From the NCBI GenBank assembly GCA_038320275.1, contig JBBQEB010000117.1:1-12441 (forward strand): 12,441 nucleotides of DNA. The letters run 5' to 3'. The notes beneath the pieces are model-generated. The model saw only the letters and a program-made list of their open reading frames with translations. It did no database searches and was not told the DNA's origin. Shown piece after piece: positions 1 through 7,542 of this stretch (its first letter is position 1; every line of letters starts with the position of its first letter). This DNA comes from Myxococcales bacterium. GTDB taxonomy: Bacteria > Myxococcota > Myxococcia > Myxococcales > Anaeromyxobacteraceae. A program made the position numbers and the translations under genes.

Positions 1-142
1 GCGGCGACGGCGCGCGCAGCGCCGGCGGGCCCGAGGTGGCGGGAGCGGCCGCCGGGAGCTCGCCGCTGGCGACCTCCGCTGCGGAAGCGGCCGTTCCCAA
101 GGCGAGAACTGCGAAGGTGGTGGCGAGGCTCGAAAGGCGCAC
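1..142 (-). CDS. 5' part of a secreted/exported protein (runs off the left edge)
   Basis: Not in the ORF track; translated by hand from GTG at 142: MRLSSLATTFAVLALGTAASA-AEVASGELPAAAPATSGPPALRAPSP..., a Sec-type signal peptide (basic N-terminus, hydrophobic core, A-S-A site) followed by an Ala/Pro linker. Open to the window edge and located just past the terminator at 192-226. Confidence 0.65.
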   Translation of the reverse strand, partial: MRLSSLATTFAVLALGTAASAAEVASGELPAAAPATSGPPALRAPSP

Positions 143-191
143 GCCAGAGCCGATTGCATGGCGCACGCCACCTCGCGTACCGCAGCGGGCG

Positions 192-226
192 AAAAAAAGA
201 CGACCCCGGTGGAACCCGGGGTCGTC
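192..226 (-). terminator. Rho-independent terminator of the 251-577 gene
   Basis: Perfect 11-bp inverted repeat GACGACCCCGG (199-209) / CCGGGGTCGTC (216-226) with a 6-nt loop; A7 at 192-198 gives a U7 tail on the minus strand. Confidence 0.9.
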
Positions 227-250
227 ACGACCTGTGAAGTCAGACCAGCG

Positions 251-577
251 TCACTTCGCGGCGGGCGCCGGGACCGGAGCCGGGACCGGAGCCGGCGCGG
301 GGGCGACCGGCGCGACGGCGCCGGTCACCTTGGCGCCCTTCTCCTCACCCTTCACCACGCCCTTGGGGGCCTTGGCGTCGGCCTTCTTCGCCTCGCCGGG
401 AACCGCCTTCTTCTCGGTGGCCGCCACCTTGCGGTGCGCGCGGTGGTGCTTCACCGGGGCGGTGACCGCCGCGGGGGCCTGGGAGGCGGGGGCGGCGACC
501 TGCGTCGCCGCGAAGGCGGGCGCTGCGAGGGAGAGGATGGCGAGGCCAGTGGCGAGCTTCGAGCTGAGGGTCTTCAT
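251..577 (-). CDS. Small secreted Ala/Lys/Pro-rich low-complexity protein (Asr-like composition), 108 aa
   Basis: ATG at 577 preceded by AAGGAG (584-589). Signal peptide MKTLSSKLATGLAILSLAAPAFA; mature part contains KHHRAHRK, a Lys/Ala-rich middle and a PAPVPAPV tail. Followed by a clear terminator. Confidence 0.85.
   Translation of the reverse strand: MKTLSSKLATGLAILSLAAPAFAATQVAAPASQAPAAVTAPVKHHRAHRKVAATEKKAVPGEAKKADAKAPKGVVKGEEKGAKVTGAVAPVAPAPAPVPAPVPAPAAK
267..295. repeat. 12-bp tandem repeat (GCCGGGACCGGA x2.4) encoding the Pro/Ala/Val tail
   Basis: Units at 267-278 and 279-290, with a partial unit at 291-295. Confidence 0.8.
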
Positions 578-593
578 GTGCGTCTCCTTGGCG

Positions 594-632
594 CGAGGCG
601 CCCTGCCGGCGGGGTTGCCGCGGGGCGCCTCG
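594..632 (-). promoter_or_regulatory. GC-rich stem-loop just upstream of the SD of the 251-577 gene
   Basis: CGAGGCGCCC (594-603) is the reverse complement of GGGCGCCTCG (623-632), with further imperfect inner pairing and no U-tract. Confidence 0.55.
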
Positions 633-668
633 TTCACGGTGGGAAGACGTCGCCGGGCCTCGGCCTAT

Positions 669-1139
669 TCACTCGCCCGAATTTCCCGCCTCGCCAGGCA
701 CGCCCAGCGCGAGCCCGCAGTCCGGGCACTCGGCCTCGCGCGAGCTGGGCGTGAAGCGGTGGCTGCAGGCGGGGCACTCGATCTCGCCGCCCGCGTCGAG
801 GTCGATGCCTGCGAGCCCGCGCTCCGCCGCGCGCGCCGCCTCCGCGTCGCCCACCAGCTCCGCCCAGTCCTGGCGCAGGATCTCGGTCGCGCGCGCCGCC
901 TCGGCCGCCGGGATGTACAGGTTCCAGGCCACGGGCCCCTTGTCCTCGCGCCGGGCGGGCGGGGTCTGCTCGATCTCGGGCGCGAGCCCCTGGGCCTCCA
1001 GGAGCCCCATCATCTCTCGCACCGAGGCGTAGCCGGAGCGGGAGAGCAGGGCGAGCCCGCTCCCGGCGGCGCGGCAGGTGACGCAGGCGCCGCTCGGGTC
1101 GAGGGGCGTCGCGCAGGTGGCACAGGTGGTCTCGTCCAT
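669..1139 (-). CDS. Double zinc-ribbon protein with a central DUF2007-like domain, 156 aa
   Basis: N-terminal CATC...CVTC and C-terminal CPAC...CPDC Cys pairs. The central LLEAQGL...[17 protein letters not shown] pattern resembles DUF2007 (recognised by eye). Confidence 0.8.
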   Translation of the reverse strand: MDETTCATCATPLDPSGACVTCRAAGSGLALLSRSGYASVREMMGLLEAQGLAPEIEQTPPARREDKGPVAWNLYIPAAEAARATEILRQDWAELVGDAEAARAAERGLAGIDLDAGGEIECPACSHRFTPSSREAECPDCGLALGVPGEAGNSGE

Positions 1140-1149
1140 GGTCCGTCTC

Positions 1150-1156
1150 TATACTG
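1150..1156. promoter_or_regulatory. Probable -10 element, possibly bidirectional, in the 26-bp divergent intergenic region
   Basis: TATACT at 1150-1155 on the + strand and CAGTAT at 1156-1151 on the - strand. It is the only AT-rich patch between the two start codons. Confidence 0.55.
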
Positions 1157-1165
1157 CGCGGCCTC

Positions 1166-2014
1166 ATGGCCCGGATCATCGACGGTAAGGAAATCGCCGC
1201 GCGCGTCCGCGCGGAGGTGGCGCGCGGGGTGGAGGAGCTCCGTCCGCGCGGCATCGTTCCGGGGCTGGCGGTGGTGCGCGTGGGCGACGATCCGGCCTCC
1301 GCCATCTACGTCCGCGGCAAGCGCAAGGACAGCGAGGAGGTCGGCTTCGCCTCCGTGGAGCACCACCTGCCCGCCAGCACCGGCCAGGGGGAGCTCCTGG
1401 AGCTGGTCGCCCGGCTCAACGCCGACCCGGTGGTGCACGGCATCCTGGTGCAGCTCCCTCTCCCGGCGGGGGTGGACGAGCGGGCGGTCCTCGAGGCCAT
1501 CGACCCTCGCAAGGACGCGGACGGCTTTCACCCGTACAACGTCGGCGCGCTCTCGATCGGACTGCCGGGACCGCGGCCCTGCACGCCGGCGGGCGTCATG
1601 CGGCTCCTCGCCGAGGCGGGCTGCGATCCCCGGGGCAAGCGCGCGCTCGTCATCGGCCGCTCCAACATCGTGGGAAAGCCCATGGCGATGATGCTGCTGG
1701 AGGCGCATGCCACGGTGACCATCGCCCATTCACGGACCGTCAACCTCGAGGCGGAGGTGGGGCGCGCCGAGATCCTCGTCGCCGCCATCGGCAAGACGGA
1801 GGCGGTGCGCGGATCCTGGATCCGGGAGGGCGCGACCGTCATCGACGTGGGCATGAACAGGCTCCCCAGCGGCAAGCTGACCGGTGACGTGGAGCCGGGC
1901 CCCGCGGCGGAGCGCGCGGCGGCGATCACGCCGGTGCCGGGCGGGGTCGGTCCCATGACGCGGGCCATGCTCCTCGTGAACACCCTCCGGCTCGCCTGCC
2001 AGCGCGCCGGCTGA
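1166..2014 (+). CDS. folD: Bifunctional methylenetetrahydrofolate dehydrogenase/cyclohydrolase
   Basis: Motifs IIDGK, YVRGK (YxxxK), [40 protein letters not shown] and [11 protein letters not shown]; 282 aa. Confidence 0.98.
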   Translation: MARIIDGKEIAARVRAEVARGVEELRPRGIVPGLAVVRVGDDPASAIYVRGKRKDSEEVGFASVEHHLPASTGQGELLELVARLNADPVVHGILVQLPLPAGVDERAVLEAIDPRKDADGFHPYNVGALSIGLPGPRPCTPAGVMRLLAEAGCDPRGKRALVIGRSNIVGKPMAMMLLEAHATVTIAHSRTVNLEAEVGRAEILVAAIGKTEAVRGSWIREGATVIDVGMNRLPSGKLTGDVEPGPAAERAAAITPVPGGVGPMTRAMLLVNTLRLACQRAG

Positions 2015-2059
2015 CGTTCGAGGGACCGCGCCGAGGCGAAAAACCGCCCGTGGTGGCGC

Positions 2060-2087
2060 TTGCTTCCCCCCCCTGCCCCGCTATGAT
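2060..2087 (+). promoter_or_regulatory. sigma70-type promoter for the gcv operon
   Basis: TTGCTT (2060-2065), 16-nt spacer, TATGAT (2082-2087); GAGG SD at 2103-2106 ahead of ATG 2116. Confidence 0.65.
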
Positions 2088-2115
2088 GCCGCCCGCTCCA
2101 CCGAGGCAGACCCAC

Positions 2116-3201
<1,086 letters not shown>

Positions 3202-3237
3202 AGACCCGCAGAAGTCGCCACCAGCCGAGGACACCCC

Positions 3238-3627
3238 ATGAACATCCCAGACGACCTCAAGTACACGCGCGAGCACGAGTGGTGCCGCCTCGACGGCGGC
3301 CGTGCGCTCGTCGGCATCACCGATCACGCCCAGGCCCAGCTCGGCGACATCGTCTACGTGGAGCTGCCCGACGTGGGCGACCCGGTGAAGAAGGGCGAGT
3401 CGTTCGGCGTGGTGGAGTCCACCAAGGCCGTCTCCGAGCTCTTCGCCCCGCTCACCGGGAAGGTGGTCGAGGTGAACAGCCCCCTCTCCGATGCGCCCGA
3501 GACGATCAACGAGGATCCGTACGGCGAGGGCTGGATGATCCGGATCGAGCTCGGCGACGTGAAGGAGGTCGAGCAGCTCCTGGAGGGCGGCGCTTACAAG
3601 ACTTTCATCGAGGAGGAGGAAGGCTAG
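3238..3627 (+). CDS. gcvH: Glycine cleavage system H protein
   Basis: Motifs [27 protein letters not shown], lipoyl-Lys motif VESTKAV and [17 protein letters not shown] upstream. Confidence 0.98.
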   Translation: MNIPDDLKYTREHEWCRLDGGRALVGITDHAQAQLGDIVYVELPDVGDPVKKGESFGVVESTKAVSELFAPLTGKVVEVNSPLSDAPETINEDPYGEGWMIRIELGDVKEVEQLLEGGAYKTFIEEEEG

Positions 3628-3686
3628 GAGCTTCGCCTTCTCCCCTCCCCGGCCACACGCCCCTCGTCCGCCGGAGCTCAACCGCC

Positions 3687-5024
3687 TTGCGCTACCATCC
3701 GCACACGCCGGACGAGATCCGGGACATGCTCGCCGCCGCCGGGGCGACGAGCCTCGACGACCTGTTCCGCTCGATTCCAGACGCGCTCAAGCTGAAACGG
3801 CCGCTCGACGTCGCGCCGGCCCTCGACGAGATCTCCCTCTTCGCCGAGCTGCGGAGGATCGCCGCCAGGAACGCGACCGAGCACCCGCCGTTCGTGGGCG
3901 CGGGCGCCTATCCGCACCACGTCCCCCCGGTGGTGGATCAGCTCCTCCTCCGCGGAGAGTTCTTCACCGCCTACACGCCCTATCAGCCCGAGGTCGCGCA
4001 AGGGACGCTGCAGGCGCTCTTCGAATGGCAGACCTTCGTCTGCCTCCTCACCGGCATGGACGTCGCGAACGCCTCCATGTACGACGGCGCGTCCTCCACC
4101 GCCGAGGCAGCGCTGATGGCGACCCGCGCCACGGGCCGCAGCAAGGTGGTGGTCTCCGCCGCCGTCCACCCGGAGTACCGGCGCGTCCTGCGCACCTACC
4201 TCGCCGCGATGCGCGACGAGGTGGTGGTGGTTCCCTACGGCGCGGACGGGCGCACCGATCTGACGGCCCTGGAACGCGAGGTGGATGGCCGGACGGCGGC
4301 GGTCATCATAGGCTACCCCAACTTCTTCGGGGTGGTGGACGCCCTGCCGGAGGCGGCGCGCATCGCGAAGAAGGCGGGGGCCCTGAGCATCGCCGTCACC
4401 AGCGAGGCGGTGGCGCTCGGCCTCCTGAAAGGCCCCGGCGAGCTGGGTGCGGACGTTGCCACCGGCACCTTCCAGAGCTTCGGCAATGGCCTCCAGTACG
4501 GCGGGCCAGCCCCGGGCTTCTTCGCCGCCCGCGAGTCGATCCTGCGGCAGATGCCCGGGCGGCTGTGCGGGGCCACCCGCGACAAGCACGGCCGGCGCGG
4601 GTTCGTGCTCACGCTCTCCACTCGCGAGCAGCACATCCGGCGCGAGAAGGCGACCTCGAACATCTGCACCAACGCCGGGCTCTGCGCGCTCGCCTCCACC
4701 ATCCACCTCGCCCTCCTCGGGCGGAACGGGCTGGCCCATCTCGCCCGGCTCAACCACGCCCGAGGGCGGGAGCTGCGCGCCGCCATGGAACGGGCCGGCT
4801 TCGGCCTGCGCTTCTCCGGGCCCACCTTCAACGAGATGGCGTTCGAGGTGGGCGACGCCGAGGCGGTGGTGTCCCGGCTCGCCCAGCGCGGCATCGCCGC
4901 GGGCGCGCCGCTCGCCCGCTGGTACCCGGACGACCCGCGCATGAAGGGCGCCCTCCTCTGCGTGGCGACGGAGCTTCACACGCCCGAGCTCATCGAGCTC
5001 TTCGCACGATCCGTGAGAGGCTAG
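3687..5024 (+). CDS. gcvPA: Glycine dehydrogenase (decarboxylating) subunit 1, 445 aa, TTG start
   Basis: C-terminal half of track ORF 2343..5024. TTG at 3687 gives (M)RYHPHT..EIRDML, with GGAG at 3673-3676. Motifs [32 protein letters not shown] and [17 protein letters not shown]. Confidence 0.95.
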   Translation: MRYHPHTPDEIRDMLAAAGATSLDDLFRSIPDALKLKRPLDVAPALDEISLFAELRRIAARNATEHPPFVGAGAYPHHVPPVVDQLLLRGEFFTAYTPYQPEVAQGTLQALFEWQTFVCLLTGMDVANASMYDGASSTAEAALMATRATGRSKVVVSAAVHPEYRRVLRTYLAAMRDEVVVVPYGADGRTDLTALEREVDGRTAAVIIGYPNFFGVVDALPEAARIAKKAGALSIAVTSEAVALGLLKGPGELGADVATGTFQSFGNGLQYGGPAPGFFAARESILRQMPGRLCGATRDKHGRRGFVLTLSTREQHIRREKATSNICTNAGLCALASTIHLALLGRNGLAHLARLNHARGRELRAAMERAGFGLRFSGPTFNEMAFEVGDAEAVVSRLAQRGIAAGAPLARWYPDDPRMKGALLCVATELHTPELIELFARSVRG

Positions 5025-5028
5025 CGCC

Positions 5029-6600
5029 ATGGCCAATCCCACCGGGTGGAAGCCCAGCATGGAGAAGGCGGCCGCGGCTCCGGCCGAGGCGCCCGAGGTC
5101 GGGGCGGGCGGGGCGACGCGCGGGCTCGCCTACGAGGAGCCCCTGCTCTTCGAGCGCGGGTCGGCCGGCGAGCGCATGGGCGTGTCGCTCCCCCCCGTGC
5201 AGGCGGGCGCGGACCTGGCGAGCGACCTCCCCTCCGAGCTCCTGCGCGGGCCCATCGCCGAGCTGCCGGCGCTCTTCGAGCTGGAGGTGGTGCGCCACTT
5301 CACCCGCCTCAGCGCCTGGAACTACGGCATCGACACGGGCTTCTACCCGCTCGGCTCGTGCACCATGAAGTACAACCCCAAGTCGTCGGAGGCGCTGGCG
5401 CGGCTCCCCGGCTTCGCCAATGCTCACCCGCTCCTCCCCGAGGAGCTGGCGCAGGGCTCGCTCGAGCTCATGTGGAAGCTGGAGCGGGCGCTCTCCGAGA
5501 TCTCCGGCTTCGCCGCCACCACGCTCACTCCGGCCGCGGGCGCCCAGGGCGAGCTGTGCGGCGTGATGATGATCCGCGCCTACCACCTCTCCCGCGGCAA
5601 CGCCCGCCGCAAGGTCCTCATCCCCGACACGGCCCACGGCACGAACCCCGCCACCTCCGCCCTCAACGGTTACGAGGTGGTGCAGCTCGCGAGCGGCCCC
5701 GACGGCAGGCTCCATCCGGAGGCGGTGCGCGCGGCGATGGACGAGGACGTCGCCGCCATCATGATCACGAATCCCAACACCCTCGGCATCTTCGAGTCGC
5801 ACATCGCCGAGATCGCGGAGATCGTCCACGCCAAGGGCGGGCTCGTCTACGGCGATGGGGCGAACCTGAACGCGCTCCTGGGCGTGGCGCGGCCCGGCGA
5901 CATGGGCTTCGACGTCATGCAGTTCAACCTGCACAAGACCTTTGCCACCCCCCACGGAGGCGGCGGGCCGGGCTCAGGTCCAGTGGCGGTCACCGAGGCG
6001 CTGGCCCCCTTCCTGCCCCTGCCGGTCGTCGCGCGCGAGGGCGAGCGCTTTCGCCTGGTGCAGTCCGAGCGCGAGCGGCCGCAGAGCATCGGCAAGCTGC
6101 GCGAGTTCCACGGCAACTTCGGGATGTTCGTGAGGGCCTACGCCCTCATCCGCGAGTACGGGCCGGAGGGGCTGCGGGCCACCGGCCAGCTCGCGGTGCT
6201 GAACGCCAACTACGTACGGGCCAAGCTGAAGGACGTGTATCACCTGCCCTTCGAGACCGATTCGCTGCACGAGGTGGTCTTCACGGACAAGGCGCTCAAG
6301 CCGAGCGGCGTCACCACCATGGACGTCGCGAAGCGGCTCATCGACCACGGCTTCCACCCGCCAACCGTCTACTTCCCGCTCGTCGTCCCGGGCGCGCTCA
6401 TGATCGAGCCCACCGAGACGGAGTCGAAGGAGACGATCGACCGCTTCGTCACGGCCATGCGCGACGTCGCCGATCAGGTGAAGACCGATCCCGAGGGCGT
6501 CAAGGCCGCTCCCGAGAAGCCGGTGCGAGCGCGTCTCGACGAGACGAGGGCGGCCCGGAAGCCGGTCCTGCGCTGGCGCCCGGGGATGAAGGTCGACTGA
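5029..6600 (+). CDS. gcvPB: Glycine dehydrogenase (decarboxylating) subunit 2
   Basis: Motifs YPLGSCTMKYNP, AHGTNPA, TNPNTLG, PLP-Lys motif NLHKTF.TPHGGGGPG and LMIEPTETESK. Starts 4 nt after the gcvPA stop, with GAGG at 5017-5020. Confidence 0.97.
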   Translation: MANPTGWKPSMEKAAAAPAEAPEVGAGGATRGLAYEEPLLFERGSAGERMGVSLPPVQAGADLASDLPSELLRGPIAELPALFELEVVRHFTRLSAWNYGIDTGFYPLGSCTMKYNPKSSEALARLPGFANAHPLLPEELAQGSLELMWKLERALSEISGFAATTLTPAAGAQGELCGVMMIRAYHLSRGNARRKVLIPDTAHGTNPATSALNGYEVVQLASGPDGRLHPEAVRAAMDEDVAAIMITNPNTLGIFESHIAEIAEIVHAKGGLVYGDGANLNALLGVARPGDMGFDVMQFNLHKTFATPHGGGGPGSGPVAVTEALAPFLPLPVVAREGERFRLVQSERERPQSIGKLREFHGNFGMFVRAYALIREYGPEGLRATGQLAVLNANYVRAKLKDVYHLPFETDSLHEVVFTDKALKPSGVTTMDVAKRLIDHGFHPPTVYFPLVVPGALMIEPTETESKETIDRFVTAMRDVADQVKTDPEGVKAAPEKPVRARLDETRAARKPVLRWRPGMKVD

Positions 6601-6694
6601 CGCGTGGGCGCCGGCCGCTATGCCGTGCGCGCGCAGCGACGGTGCAGCGCCGCTGGCCCCCCGTTCGCCCCGAGACTCGCTTTCAAGGGGGGCG

Positions 6695-6735
6695 GGAGGC
6701 GGCGGGCGATATCGCCCGGCATCGATATCGCCTCC
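6695..6735. repeat. Nested palindrome/inverted repeat built on two CGATATCG cores
   Basis: Perfect 16-bp palindrome CGGGCGATATCGCCCG (6703-6718). CGATATCGCC occurs at 6707-6716 and 6723-6732. GGAGGCG (6695-6701) can pair with CGCCTCC (6729-6735). Confidence 0.75.
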
Positions 6736-6853
6736 GGACGGGCTCCCTGTGGTCTCCCTCGCCCGTCGTCCAGAAGCCCAGGTGGAGGCCGACAGCAAGC
6801 GCGCTTCCGGTTAGACGGGTCAGCGACGCACCCACCGTCGTCCGGAGATCCTC

Positions 6854-7453
6854 ATGCGCAAGACCTCGCTCCTGTTCGCCGTCGCTGCAGCTCTCGCCTC
6901 CAGTCCCGCCCTCGCGCAGACCAGTTCGAGCCCGCGCGTAACCACGTCGGACGGCACGATGGTCTCCCGGGGCGAGACGATGGACAACACCATCTCCATC
7001 TTCGGCCTGCTCGGGTACGGCTACTACAGCCAGACCGGCCTCGGCCTCGGGGTCCGCTACCAGAAGGAGATCGTGCCGCAGGGGCTCATCCACGGCGCCA
7101 GCATTCACGACGAGATCGGGCTCGAAGGCGGCCTCGACTGGACCCACTACAGCTTCGGCGGTGGCGGGGAGTTCGGCGACTTCTCGGTCAACACGTTCAC
7201 CCCCGTCATCGGCGCCGTCTGGAACTTCTGGCTCACGCCGCAGATCGCCGTCTATCCCAAGCTCGACCTCGGCTATCGCTTCGCCCGGGTGAGCTACCCG
7301 AGCAACTTCCCGAGCGATTTCGGCAGCGGCAACTCCTACAGCGAGCTCTTCCTGCAGGGCGCCGTCGGCGGCGTCTACAAGATAGCGAACCTCGCCCTTC
7401 GCGCCGAGCTTGGCTCGTCGACGTTGCGGCTCGGGGTCGGCTTCAACTTTTAA
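6854..7453 (+). CDS. Small outer-membrane beta-barrel protein, 199 aa
   Basis: GGAG SD at 6844-6847; signal peptide ending ALA-Q; Gly/aromatic-rich alternating strands (GLGLGVRYQ, IGLEGGLDW, GAVWNFW, VYPKLDLGYRF, LFLQGAVGGVY); C-terminal beta-signal LRLGVGFNF. Confidence 0.88.
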   Translation: MRKTSLLFAVAAALASSPALAQTSSSPRVTTSDGTMVSRGETMDNTISIFGLLGYGYYSQTGLGLGVRYQKEIVPQGLIHGASIHDEIGLEGGLDWTHYSFGGGGEFGDFSVNTFTPVIGAVWNFWLTPQIAVYPKLDLGYRFARVSYPSNFPSDFGSGNSYSELFLQGAVGGVYKIANLALRAELGSSTLRLGVGFNF

Positions 7454-7517
7454 CGGGGCATGCTGCCCCGCCCCGGCCAGCAACGCTGGCCGGGGGCCTC
7501 ACCCCTGCTCGCAGGGG
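7454..7517. terminator. Three tandem GC hairpins between convergent genes (probable bidirectional terminator/stabiliser)
   Basis: CGGGGCA/TGCCCCG (7454-7470), CCCCGGCCAGC/GCTGGCCGGGG (7471-7495) and CCCCTGC/GCAGGGG (7502-7517). No U-tracts. Confidence 0.6.
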
Positions 7518-7542
7518 GAAGCGCCGTCCTCGTGCCGCGACA

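Noticed and set aside
1510..1985. FolD variants KDADG and GPMTRAML instead of KDVDG and GPMT(I/V)AML
   Set aside because: To my knowledge both variants occur in other natural FolD proteins (e.g. actinobacterial), and the catalytic motifs are intact, so there is no evidence of altered function.
2015..2115. Glycine riboswitch or terminator between folD and gcvT
   Set aside because: No glycine-aptamer motifs recognised and the promoter lies just upstream of the start codon. The small CGCC/GGCG stem is followed by As rather than Us.
6780..6835. c-di-GMP-I (GEMM) riboswitch-like words (GCAAG...TCCGG...CAGCG)
   Set aside because: The GGCAAA / GAAA tetraloop / GACGCAAAG arrangement is absent, so the resemblance is superficial.
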